A stretch of 32,628 nt of DNA. Source: a virus. Lineage: Duplodnaviria; Caudoviricetes. The notes under the pieces are model-generated. The model was not told where the DNA came from. It did not search any database and was given only the letters and a program-made list of their open reading frames with translations. Numbering within the stretch: position 1 is the first letter of the stretch; each line of letters begins with the position of its first letter. Shown piece by piece: positions 17,107-25,950 of this stretch. The translations under genes and the position numbers were made by a program. The stretch covers positions 1-32,628 of IMG/VR virus record IMGVR_UViG_3300048886_000288. The stretch is one strand, 5' to 3'.

Positions 17107-19530
17107 TTATTGCAAGATCTGGTCATCAACAACAATCGTTGTTTCGGTGATCTCTGGTTCCTCGGCAACAAGCATTGTTGTCTCGGCCAAAGGTAAATTG
17201 GTTGCTGATACGACTTCTTTGATTCTCGCCATAATTTCCGCTGCTCGATTGAGTGCCTGCGCCGGATCTGTCAATGTTTCTTCACCACCAAATTCCGCCA
17301 TGATCGTCTTAGCCAGTTCCACTTGCCGCTGTTTGTCGGCTTCCATCGCCTCGAACTGCATTTTTTCACGCGCTAACATCACATCAGCCTGAATTTTGCT
17401 TTCAGGCTCTGGCTTTTGCGCCTCAAATTCCTTCAACGCTAATTCACGTTCCCGCAAGCCTAAATCTCTTTCTTCCATCTGCAAGTCTGCTTGCTTGCTC
17501 TGCGATTCAAGCGACATCTTCGCTTGTTCGATTTGCATCTTCTGTTGCACTTCTTGTGCCTTGATCTTGGCTTCCTGCTGTTCGATCTGCAATTTCATCT
17601 GCAACGCTTGCTCAACACCTGCGCCTTCCTGCGCCTCTGCATTGGCTACTGGATCGTTCTCGCCAATCATATCGAGCGCATCCTCGACCTCGCGGCCGAG
17701 TCTGAATCGACGCACCGCCGTCATGATCATGGCTTTGGCCGCTTCAATCGGTAAATATCCAGCCTCGACCGCTGGGCCTGCGTCGGCAATAAATGCGGAA
17801 ACGCCTTGCAGCAACTTCGTGATCGCTTCCTGATCTGCCGCGTAATCACCCGAAATCGTCGAATCCGTCTCGATATCAACGCGGAAACTGCGCTGCTTAT
17901 CATCACGCAGCAGTTGAATACATTCGTCCCACGTCGGTTTTTCGAGCATTTCGAGCATCTCAGGCGTCAGTGCAGGCGGTGCAGGCGGTGCAGGCTGCGG
18001 CGGTAATTCAGGTTGTCCGGGTTGTCCAGGCGGCATCGGTGGCCCCATCGGCGGCGCTTGCATCGCCATTTGTTGACTTTGCAACATCATCTGCACTTGC
18101 TGCTTTTCTTGCATCGACGGCAATTGAATGTCCGTCATCATTTGCAACGATTCGGGCGTAAATTGCTCGCTAATAATTTCAGCCGCGATGCGAATTAAAT
18201 CCCTGGCGTAACGCTGTATGTCTCGGCGTGAATCATCGAGACGCATGGTGCCGAACTGCACCTTGAGCTGTTGTGCGCCCAATGTTTCCATCGCCGCAGA
18301 GCTGCCGCGCATAATGTCCGCGATGCCGGTAATTTCGTAGATCGTCGTCTTGATCTGCTCGCGCTGGATATAAAGCTGACCGAGAATGCCTGCGATTTTC
18401 TCAATCGGCCACATCCAGATAGCATTATCGAGTCCACCGGATTGCATCAGCGGCAGGACATCTTGCGCTGGGATCATCTCATTTTCCCGAGCGTCCATTA
18501 TGTTCTGCATCTCGGTAATGGTGCTGTCGTAAATGCCGCGCACTTTGCACGCATCGATGATGTCTGAGATCCGAATCGTGATTTTGTCTAATTCGTTGGC
18601 TTGATCGCGATAAAAGATAAACGGTTCGACGGGCACTAGACTGTCAGTACTTTCCATCGCATAAAGCGGGCGCGGTGTTGGGAAAAAGTCTTTCAGTTGT
18701 AGCGGATCGGGTTCCGTTTTCAACGGGCGCTCTTTCAGCGTCTTGGAAATAAAGATCACCTCTTTTTGCCGATTACACCAAATCTCCCAAATCGTCGCCC
18801 GTTTGAAGGTGTCGGTTATCGGCGCACCATCTTTGTCTTCCATCCCCATCGGAGAGTAATCAAGCTGCACCTCATTACCGAGATCGTCACCAAATTTGGC
18901 TCGCAACTCGTCTCTTGTCATCAGGTGCCGGAACGCCACCCACTGCACCTGTTCCCACGTTTTACCGGGACCGTGCCGAAAATCCGGCCAACCGACATGC
19001 TCAAATTTGACTTCCTCGCCTTGCAGGGATTCGTAGCTGTCACCGCTCATTTCGTCGGTTTCGTCAGCGAACGCAGGGTTGTAACGCACGCGAGTCACGC
19101 CGCGACCGCAGAGTTGTTGATCTTTCACCGCTAGGCGCATGTAACGATCAAAATCACACTCGTCCATCGTAAATGACAGACAGCGCTCTAAAACTTCGCA
19201 TACTTCTTTGCCTACGGGATCGGCATCGCGATACCGGCGACGAACGTCTGGCGTCGGACTTTGGTTATACAGCGTCGGGCATATCGTCTGCACGTTGCTG
19301 TACAGTATGTTGAATCGCTTACCGTTTGAGTATCGCCCTGGACGGGCATTATCGACTTGCTCGTCGCGATACCGCGCTTCAACATCCTTAGCGCGAGTGC
19401 GCCAATTTGCTTCTTGCTTGTCCGCTAAATCAAGCTCAGTCACCCAACGATTGACAACACCCGGCGGGCCTTTGCCCGCATCGGCTGGCGTTTCCATCGT
19501 GCCATCGTTTGTATAATCGTTATCAGACAT
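17107..19530 (-). CDS. Portal protein with a long C-terminal helical barrel
   Basis: 807 aa; FNILYSNVQT, IYEITGIADIMRG, ETLGAQQLK; long Q/E/K coiled-coil C-terminus; located between terminase and scaffold. Confidence 0.88.
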   Translation of the reverse strand: MSDNDYTNDGTMETPADAGKGPPGVVNRWVTELDLADKQEANWRTRAKDVEARYRDEQVDNARPGRYSNGKRFNILYSNVQTICPTLYNQSPTPDVRRRYRDADPVGKEVCEVLERCLSFTMDECDFDRYMRLAVKDQQLCGRGVTRVRYNPAFADETDEMSGDSYESLQGEEVKFEHVGWPDFRHGPGKTWEQVQWVAFRHLMTRDELRAKFGDDLGNEVQLDYSPMGMEDKDGAPITDTFKRATIWEIWCNRQKEVIFISKTLKERPLKTEPDPLQLKDFFPTPRPLYAMESTDSLVPVEPFIFYRDQANELDKITIRISDIIDACKVRGIYDSTITEMQNIMDARENEMIPAQDVLPLMQSGGLDNAIWMWPIEKIAGILGQLYIQREQIKTTIYEITGIADIMRGSSAAMETLGAQQLKVQFGTMRLDDSRRDIQRYARDLIRIAAEIISEQFTPESLQMMTDIQLPSMQEKQQVQMMLQSQQMAMQAPPMGPPMPPGQPGQPELPPQPAPPAPPALTPEMLEMLEKPTWDECIQLLRDDKQRSFRVDIETDSTISGDYAADQEAITKLLQGVSAFIADAGPAVEAGYLPIEAAKAMIMTAVRRFRLGREVEDALDMIGENDPVANAEAQEGAGVEQALQMKLQIEQQEAKIKAQEVQQKMQIEQAKMSLESQSKQADLQMEERDLGLRERELALKEFEAQKPEPESKIQADVMLAREKMQFEAMEADKQRQVELAKTIMAEFGGEETLTDPAQALNRAAEIMARIKEVVSATNLPLAETTMLVAEEPEITETTIVVDDQILQ

Positions 19531-19717
19531 AGCCTTTATTCTCTGACGTCAGAGCGCCAATCATACTCGGCTTTGCTGCGTTTTTCTTTTTCTGCTTCTT
19601 GTCCGCCCGGTGAAAGCCCTTGGCGACAGACTGCGATATGCCCGCTTTTTTAGCGAAACCGGGACTATTGGCAGCAGCAGCCATAAATTTGCGTTGTCGT
19701 TTGCTTGTGCTTGGCAT
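19523..19717 (-). CDS. Small basic hypothetical phage protein
   Basis: MPSTSKRQRKFMAAAANSPGFAKKAGISQSVAKGF resembles a small ORF often seen near head genes. Confidence 0.7.
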   Translation of the reverse strand: MPSTSKRQRKFMAAAANSPGFAKKAGISQSVAKGFHRADKKQKKKNAAKPSMIGALTSENKGYV

Positions 19718-19720
19718 TGC

Positions 19721-22276
19721 TTAATCCTCTAACAACTTACCAATAAACTCATCGACTGACTCATCTGCATAACCACCGTAGACCTCGCTCGCGCCCCACT
19801 TGCCATCTGATCTGGCGGCGCGCTGTATTGCGTCGATCAATTCTTGAGGATTTTCATCTCCGTCAAGCACAATTTCGTCTGTCCAGCCATGACCGCCCCT
19901 AGCTATTGTGTCGGCGCGTTGTGGCGTATCGGGTAAATAATGATCGCTCAAACGCACCTCATATTTCTTATCTGGAGATAGAATGTAACGGCTTGATTTC
20001 CGGCCACCACGACCGGCGGACGAATGCCTCATTGACCAGCCCAGTTTTTTCAGTTGTCGCGGGACTGCTTCCATATTAGCGCGAGAAATGGCTTCCCTAA
20101 CCTCCCTACCTAACCCCCGTGCCCCTAAAGAATAGTTAGACGCTTCTCTAATTTCGTTTGAGAAACGCGCATTCCAAAGGCCACCAGCCGATTCGATTCT
20201 GTTCTCAGTCTCTTCAGCCGCCGCAGCCTTTTGTTTGCTGTCCTTATGCCATTGTAGACGTTGGTGTATGTCGGCAGAAAATTGACTTAATCTATCCCGG
20301 TTCGAGTATTTCAGATCGTGGCGAGCGTCTCTCTTCGCTTTGATTTCCTTTCGTAACGCTTGAGCCATACTTCCGTATTTTATTTTTTTTGATGGGCGTT
20401 GCGACCGCGTATATTCTTCCAATGTTGGACGACCTGCTTTGGCGCGCGTCTCGTCCACGGGTGATTTGGGACTGCTCGCGCTAGGGCCATCGCCGTAACG
20501 CACGATCTGATCTGCTTCGTCCAGAGGAAGTTCGTCATCCAGCAACTTACCAATAAACTCATCGACTGATGGCTCGGCTTGGGCGTGCGTTGCGTCATAA
20601 AATCGTTTCAATTCTTCTTCGCTTTGTGGAATCTGTTTATTATATGCGTCTGCTTCTTCTATAGCTTCGTCTAATGGTACAACTCGTTTAACTTTAGCTT
20701 TTGACGCGTTCTCTATAAAAAACTCATTTCCTTGACCACGACCAACTTGTTTATAATCGTTTCGAGGAACGTCAGACATATCAATTTCAGCAACATATTT
20801 TCTGCTGTCTTGATACCCTTCAGCCCAATATGGTAAATCACTCGTTATCATTAACGACCCTTTTTGCGGTTTGCTAGCGCTGTAAGACATCGTATCAGAA
20901 GCGCCTTTTTCTGGGTCTATTCTAAAGTTTGGGTCTTCCGTAATGTGATAATATTTGCCATGTTTTATTTGTTGCGTATAGTCTTTTCTAAAATCTTCAA
21001 AAGACGATGCTTTTAACGCATCGACTCGTAGACCGTGGAGTACATCGACTGATGGCTGCTCTATTATCTCGTCATTGCGTTTTAGGACTTTGGCGCGTCT
21101 GGCTAAGTCATCGAACAGCACAAAGTTACGAGTGCCCTTACCTGCTGCGCGGCTGTTGCCGTCGTAGTATTTGATGCCGGGGATGCCTGCTTCGTTTAAC
21201 AAAATCGACGTATCTCCGCCTCCGCCTAGCGCGTTATACAATTCGCCCCCTGTTGGATTGTTAGATGCCCCTCTTTCAAACGCCACAGATAACACTTCGT
21301 GATTTGATAGCGCATCCCGCACACTCTCCGGTTGCTCACTCAGCGGCGCATCCCAATCCAGCATCTTGGCTATGTCTTCATCGGGGACATCTATTTCGTA
21401 GAGGTATTTGTTCAACGGGGCTGATAGGGCATCCCACGCCCCCTGATTGCCGATTTCTATTATTTCTGAGCCGTCATCCATGACGTGATGTATTCCATCA
21501 TCGTCTGTGTATTTAGATGCCCTCAGACTGTCTAATACGTCAAACAAGTCATCGCCAAGCTCGTCTGCTAAATTGGTAGCAATTGACGGGGCCGTATCCG
21601 CACCGCCTGTTACCCTGTCAAAGCTGCCCAAATCATCGGCATACCGTTGCCCCACTCCCTTATTCTGTGCCACATACATTCCATGCCCATAGGTCTGAGC
21701 GCCTTGCCCTGTGCCTATCTTGGTGGGATCTAAGGCTTCAAACTTATGCGGGGAACCTTGATAGGTAACCATCCCACGCTGAGCCGACCATTTGCCCGGC
21801 CCTGGGGGCATATTAGCTGCTCGTTTTAGAGCGCCTGCGAATGCCTTCGTGCCTGGGACTAGCGGCGCACCACCGCCGAAAACGCCGCCGAGAATCCGGC
21901 CCACGGTTTCGGGCGTCGTATGTTCAAACGGGATACCAAGTTTCTTTGCCCAGAAATCAGTGGTGCCGGGGATATCCGCAAGGTCGTCCCACTTCTCGGT
22001 GTGGAAGTCAATCGGGTAATCTTTTTTGACTTGCGCCGCAGGCATTCCGGTTAGCGCGTGTAACATTGTCGGATGATACGTCCTGCGTCCACGAAAATCG
22101 GCGTGTTTCAGTTGGTTGAGCATCGCGGCCAGATCCATCATCCATGACGTCCCTGCTGTTGACGCTGCAATTCCGCCTTCTTTCGCTAACCCGCTGGCAA
22201 ATTGCCCCCCGGCAGAATGCTTATTGCTGATTCGTTCAGGTTCTTTGAGCAACGCATCGAACATAGACCTAGCCAT
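19721..22276 (-). CDS. Modular polyvalent protein with two ADP-ribosyltransferase-like modules and a third module with an RLSDH motif
   Basis: YQGSPHKF...IGTGQGAQTYGHGMY...RNFVLFDD (ART-PolyVal-like); YYHIT...LMITSD...GNEFF (second ART-like); EVRLSDH; modules separated by SVD(EFIGKLL) repeats. Confidence 0.7.
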   Translation of the reverse strand: MARSMFDALLKEPERISNKHSAGGQFASGLAKEGGIAASTAGTSWMMDLAAMLNQLKHADFRGRRTYHPTMLHALTGMPAAQVKKDYPIDFHTEKWDDLADIPGTTDFWAKKLGIPFEHTTPETVGRILGGVFGGGAPLVPGTKAFAGALKRAANMPPGPGKWSAQRGMVTYQGSPHKFEALDPTKIGTGQGAQTYGHGMYVAQNKGVGQRYADDLGSFDRVTGGADTAPSIATNLADELGDDLFDVLDSLRASKYTDDDGIHHVMDDGSEIIEIGNQGAWDALSAPLNKYLYEIDVPDEDIAKMLDWDAPLSEQPESVRDALSNHEVLSVAFERGASNNPTGGELYNALGGGGDTSILLNEAGIPGIKYYDGNSRAAGKGTRNFVLFDDLARRAKVLKRNDEIIEQPSVDVLHGLRVDALKASSFEDFRKDYTQQIKHGKYYHITEDPNFRIDPEKGASDTMSYSASKPQKGSLMITSDLPYWAEGYQDSRKYVAEIDMSDVPRNDYKQVGRGQGNEFFIENASKAKVKRVVPLDEAIEEADAYNKQIPQSEEELKRFYDATHAQAEPSVDEFIGKLLDDELPLDEADQIVRYGDGPSASSPKSPVDETRAKAGRPTLEEYTRSQRPSKKIKYGSMAQALRKEIKAKRDARHDLKYSNRDRLSQFSADIHQRLQWHKDSKQKAAAAEETENRIESAGGLWNARFSNEIREASNYSLGARGLGREVREAISRANMEAVPRQLKKLGWSMRHSSAGRGGRKSSRYILSPDKKYEVRLSDHYLPDTPQRADTIARGGHGWTDEIVLDGDENPQELIDAIQRAARSDGKWGASEVYGGYADESVDEFIGKLLED
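19733..21057. repeat. Three related direct repeats marking module boundaries in the polyvalent gene
   Basis: caacttaccaataaactcatcgactga is identical at 19733-19759 and 20543-20569; catcgactgatggct is identical at 20560-20574 and 21043-21057. Confidence 0.9.
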
Positions 22277-23652
22277 CAGTTGTACGCCTCGGCTTTGCGC
22301 CGTCTGGTACTGGCTTTGACTAAATCATGCATCGTCAGCGTCGATTTCCCATCGATCGTGATGATCGGGTTCGTTTTTTCAACCTTCGGCTTAGGTGGCT
22401 CGCGCCAAGTCCAAGCAAGGTAACGCAGCGCATCGGCAAAGTGATTCGTCCAGTCATGCACCGGCCTGTCCCGAAAGCACTTGCTTGGGTCATCCCATTC
22501 TCGCCGAAACTGGCTGATGGCGTTGATAAATTCCTCTTGCTCGCGGTCAATCCAAAGCCGTGGAAATAAATGCCGAGCGGCTAGTATGCCTTGTTGTTCG
22601 CTGTTTGTATTCCGCAGAATCGTCACATGCTTCATTTTGTGGTCGCTGACGAGCTGTTCGTACACAGACCGCCCCGCTGCTGCCAGCGTCCGGGCTTGCG
22701 CATCATGCGGTAGTACATGGCGCGAATAGTTGTAATCTTTCGATGCAATTAACTCTGCGTAATGCTGCAACGGCTGGCCGTTTGCCGAGTAGGTGTCGAT
22801 GATCCGCACCTCGTTCGCGACTACTTGCACGAAGAGTATGACTGTGTCGTCCGAAAATCCGATGTCCCAAATTGTCTGTACCGGCAAGTCTGGGTCGTGC
22901 TTGACCTCGCAGATCCGACCGGCTGCACGCGCTGCTGCCAGCTCCCCGCCGTAATAGCTGCCCAAAATTGCAGCCTCGAACGAGCAAAAATACTCCTGTT
23001 CAAACTGACTTGCCCCGAAATCCTTGCCGTAAAGCGCGGTGTACTCATCGCGAATGCCGTCGAGCTGCTCGTCGGTAAAAGCCTTCGTCGCTTTCGCATC
23101 CGAAAGTTCCGCAAACCAATCGTCCGATTTCATCGCGTGGTTGAACATGTCGTAGGCGTGATTCTTGCCCCGAGGCGTCGTTATAAACAAGGCCCAGCCG
23201 TTGTTTTCGCGCATCATCGGCGAGAGGTAGCCCCACGCCGAGGGATTCGCCAGCGCCCATTCTGAGAAGACGATCCCTGCGACACCCGCACCGACTAGCG
23301 AGTCGTAGGTGTCGGAGCCTATCACCTGCCACGTCGAACCGTTGAGGAAGCGAATAAACATCTCCTGCTCATTCGTGACCTCACGCAGCTCTACGGGGAA
23401 TGCTTCGTCGATCCGGCGTCGGCCGCTATGCGGATTGACCGCTGTCCATATCGCTTTTCGGGCCTGATTGAGCTGTGGCAGGCAGTGCCAATAGGTTGCA
23501 GGTCGATCAGTAATTGCCTGGAATGTCCATGCCAACGCTATCTCGTCCTTACCCCACCTCCGGTGCGCTATCTCAATCGCTCGCTTACCTCCGCCAGCTA
23601 GATACTGGTGCAGCGGGGCTTGATAGTTCCGAATCCGGCGTTCAACCAGCAT
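22276..23652 (-). CDS. terL: Terminase large subunit
   Basis: Walker A-like AHRRWGKD, Walker B-like GIVFSEW, ITTPRGKN, nuclease WDIGFSDDT, HDWTNHFADALRY. Confidence 0.93.
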   Translation of the reverse strand: MLVERRIRNYQAPLHQYLAGGGKRAIEIAHRRWGKDEIALAWTFQAITDRPATYWHCLPQLNQARKAIWTAVNPHSGRRRIDEAFPVELREVTNEQEMFIRFLNGSTWQVIGSDTYDSLVGAGVAGIVFSEWALANPSAWGYLSPMMRENNGWALFITTPRGKNHAYDMFNHAMKSDDWFAELSDAKATKAFTDEQLDGIRDEYTALYGKDFGASQFEQEYFCSFEAAILGSYYGGELAAARAAGRICEVKHDPDLPVQTIWDIGFSDDTVILFVQVVANEVRIIDTYSANGQPLQHYAELIASKDYNYSRHVLPHDAQARTLAAAGRSVYEQLVSDHKMKHVTILRNTNSEQQGILAARHLFPRLWIDREQEEFINAISQFRREWDDPSKCFRDRPVHDWTNHFADALRYLAWTWREPPKPKVEKTNPIITIDGKSTLTMHDLVKASTRRRKAEAYN

Positions 23653-23990
23653 TATTTCTCGTAGACATTTTTAATTGTCCACACTGCATCGCCGGTATGC
23701 TCGACCTCTTGCTTCTCGCTCCACTTCATGCGGGTCTTAGTCCACCAAATCAATGCCGTAGTGTCGCCGCCCATCGCCTTGCTGAACAGCGTTTGAGCCA
23801 CTTTAGCGTTTGCTTTGGTCGCAGATGTATCCAGCTCACGCCGAAAGTGCTTGCGAAGCGTTTTCTCATCGATTCCATCACGAACCACTAGGCACTGGGA
23901 TGCCTGCGGGATTCCAACGGCAGTCATCTGCTCGACGAGCTTTCGCTCGGCTGCTGTCGGTTTGAACGGTGGTCTGCGTTTCAATGGCAT
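23652..23990 (-). CDS. terS: Terminase small subunit
   Basis: HTH-like GIPQ...IDEKTLRKHFRRELD, ANAKVAQTLFSKA...TALIWWTK; 1-nt overlap with terL. Confidence 0.8.
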   Translation of the reverse strand: MPLKRRPPFKPTAAERKLVEQMTAVGIPQASQCLVVRDGIDEKTLRKHFRRELDTSATKANAKVAQTLFSKAMGGDTTALIWWTKTRMKWSEKQEVEHTGDAVWTIKNVYEK

Positions 23991-24013
23991 GTTTTCTCTG
24001 CCTTTTTATATGC

Positions 24014-24043
24014 GGGAATAATTCCCCGTTAAATTCTAGCATA
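24014..24043 (-). promoter_or_regulatory. Candidate late promoter (extended -10) with a downstream palindrome
   Basis: TGcTAGAAT on the - strand within TATGCTAGAATTT (24043-24031); GGGAAT-a-ATTCCC palindrome at 24014-24026; in the only gap before terS. Confidence 0.5.
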
Positions 24044-24073
24044 GCAGTCCGAGATTAGTGTTAAGGCCGTAAC

Positions 24074-24337
24074 TTAAACCCCATAGAGTTCCGCTAACAC
24101 ATCTGCCATATGCTGTAGCTCTGTTTTCTTTGTTATTCGCAGCATGGACTTATCGCCGTGTACGCCAGTTTCGCCGCGGTGACACGCCAAGCAGAGCGGG
24201 ATCGTCGCCATGTCGCCTATTCGGCTGCCTTGCTCGCGTATGTGATGAGCCTCGCTCGGACTGTCGCCGCAGGTGCAGCAAGGCAATGCTTTGACTCGCA
24301 ACATATGCTCTTTATTTGATGTGACGCCACGTTTCAT
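24074..24337 (-). CDS. Ref-like / DUF968-like HNH Zn-finger nuclease
   Basis: LPCCTCG...EAHHIR...TIPLCLACHRG..GVH. Confidence 0.75.
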   Translation of the reverse strand: MKRGVTSNKEHMLRVKALPCCTCGDSPSEAHHIREQGSRIGDMATIPLCLACHRGETGVHGDKSMLRITKKTELQHMADVLAELYGV

Positions 24338-24713
24338 GGTTTAACACCGCCTGCACTGTGGATTTGCTGATGCCGTACCGCTCGGCTAAGACGTTTTGCG
24401 TAACATCTTTTGCTTTTCGTATTGCGCGAACCTTTTTCTCATTCAGTTTGGCATTGCGTTTCGTCTCGCCTTTTGCCTTCGTGTAACCGTCCTTCAGTTT
24501 GTCAAGGTTGCGACGGACAGTAGATTCGGCACAGTCCATATCTTTCGCAATAAGGGCGCACGACACACCAGCGGCATGGCGTTTCGCCATATGACCAACT
24601 TCTTCGTCAGTGATGATTTTGCCCATTCTGCGATTCGGTATCGCATCGCGAGGTCGTATCGGTGACTTCCATCCCTTGTCTAATATTCGCAGGCATTCCT
24701 GTCCGAGGTTCAT
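24312..24713 (-). CDS. Tandem HTH DNA-binding protein
   Basis: GVSCALIAKDMDCAESTVRRNL and KGE...AKLNEKKVRAIR...LAERYGISKSTVQAVL...WRHI. Confidence 0.7.
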   Translation of the reverse strand: MNLGQECLRILDKGWKSPIRPRDAIPNRRMGKIITDEEVGHMAKRHAAGVSCALIAKDMDCAESTVRRNLDKLKDGYTKAKGETKRNAKLNEKKVRAIRKAKDVTQNVLAERYGISKSTVQAVLNHETWRHIK

Positions 24714-25027
24714 AACGTCCGCCCCTGTTTGTTTAAGCTACGCCACACCTCTATTACGGTGTTCATTCGGCTGCGTGTATTTTCCAGTAACTTGAAATCA
24801 GCTACCGCATTTTCCCATTCGGTGATTGCCTCGGCCACCTCGATGCTGCTGTCCGCTGTGGCGTTTCGTTCAGCAACGCTACCCGTCGCGCTCAAGAATT
24901 TCACGGCACGCACTAATTTGATTCTTTCCTTCTGTACGTCTTTCGCTGCGAACAGTAGCGCGTGGCTTCTGTCCGTCTTCGCCAGGTAGTCCAGCGCATC
25001 CTCTAATTTCTCTCTGTCTGGCAGCAT
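24710..25027 (-). CDS. Hypothetical helical phage protein
   Basis: 105 aa, GSVAERNATA...VIEVWRS; 4-nt overlap with the next gene. Confidence 0.65.
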   Translation of the reverse strand: MLPDREKLEDALDYLAKTDRSHALLFAAKDVQKERIKLVRAVKFLSATGSVAERNATADSSIEVAEAITEWENAVADFKLLENTRSRMNTVIEVWRSLNKQGRTL

Positions 25028-25202
25028 CTTTAGCGTCCTCGGGCGTGCTGTGTTTGCTCAAGAATTCGGCCGGTCTGCCTAGCTTCCACAGGCAGTATTT
25101 CGGAACGCCATCGCATATGACCTTCGCTATCTGATAGCCGCCTGAACGAATAGCATATTTGTTTTTCGTCCCGTCGCGGTTGCGAATTGCTGTCCATGTC
25201 AT
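24879..25202 (-). CDS. Hypothetical protein
   Basis: ATGA overlap with the upstream gene; YAIRSGGYQIAKV...YCLW; the last 149 nt overlap the next gene. Confidence 0.55.
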   Translation of the reverse strand: MTWTAIRNRDGTKNKYAIRSGGYQIAKVICDGVPKYCLWKLGRPAEFLSKHSTPEDAKDAARQREIRGCAGLPGEDGQKPRATVRSERRTEGKNQISACREILERDG

Positions 25203-25630
25203 CGCGACCGCTCGGCTATCACGCGAAGCCGTTTTGCTTGTTTCTCTAACTCGCCCGCCATGTCGGTAAATAGTTTTATCGAGTCTTCGCCAATCGTTAA
25301 AGTTTCGTCCGTCTGTTTCTGGTAATACGGCGCGACCATTAACGCATGACCTTCAATCATATAATCGACAAGTTCCGCAAACGTAAAATTCCACTGCACC
25401 CAATTTAGGTCGTTCAACTGCACCGACACTACAACAGTACCGATCTTATTTTCGTCTAAATATGCATACGTGTATTCAGCGTCAAACGCTACCTGGATCA
25501 ATTCGCCCATGTGGCGTAACAACTCTTTCTTCATCGCCGCTTCGAACTCTTTCGATGTGTCGCCGTATTCCCAGCCCGTTATATCAACGGACTCGCTATC
25601 CGGCGCTGCCTTCAGCCTTACTTTGCTCAT
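25199..25630 (-). CDS. Hypothetical protein
   Basis: 143-aa ORF with 4-nt overlaps on both sides. Confidence 0.6.
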   Translation of the reverse strand: MSKVRLKAAPDSESVDITGWEYGDTSKEFEAAMKKELLRHMGELIQVAFDAEYTYAYLDENKIGTVVVSVQLNDLNWVQWNFTFAELVDYMIEGHALMVAPYYQKQTDETLTIGEDSIKLFTDMAGELEKQAKRLRVIAERSR

Positions 25631-25950
25631 AATGCTTTCCTCATGGCCGCCAAGCCCCGCTCGGCGGTTTTCTTGTCACTGGTAGGCAGTTCAATAACTT
25701 TCGCCGTGCTGTGGCTTGCAGGGCGTTTCTGTCGCCTGAAATCGTCCTTGCCAAATATCCCAATCCATCCGTTATTCACTGCGTAATCGATGCACTCAAT
25801 TATGTCGAATCCGTCGTTGTGCAGCCTCTCGATTTTCTTCAGTGCCCGCTTTTGTGCAATCGGGCCGAACGCTTTGCGCTTGCACTCTGTTAAGCGGTAT
25901 TTTTTGTAATCCGCCCATGTTTCTTGGTCGAGGCAGTCAGGTAAGTCCAT
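25627..25950 (-). CDS. Stand-alone C-terminal domain of a phage replication-initiator-like protein
   Basis: LPDCLDQETWADYKKYR...AQKRALKKIERL...IDYAVNNGWIGIF resembles the 'PxW...W..R...L.KL...SI.NGW.G.F' C-terminal domain of phage replication proteins; no N-terminal HTH. Confidence 0.65.
   Translation of the reverse strand: MDLPDCLDQETWADYKKYRLTECKRKAFGPIAQKRALKKIERLHNDGFDIIECIDYAVNNGWIGIFGKDDFRRQKRPASHSTAKVIELPTSDKKTAERGLAAMRKAL

Noticed and set aside
19733-21057. CRISPR-like or att-site reading of the 27-nt repeats
   Set aside because: The spacing is about 480-810 nt, the repeats are in-frame coding sequence, and no cas or recombinase gene was recognised.
2057-24021. Many + strand ORFs of 60-170 aa opposite the structural genes
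   Set aside because: They are antisense shadows of long - strand genes, without RBSs or recognisable motifs.
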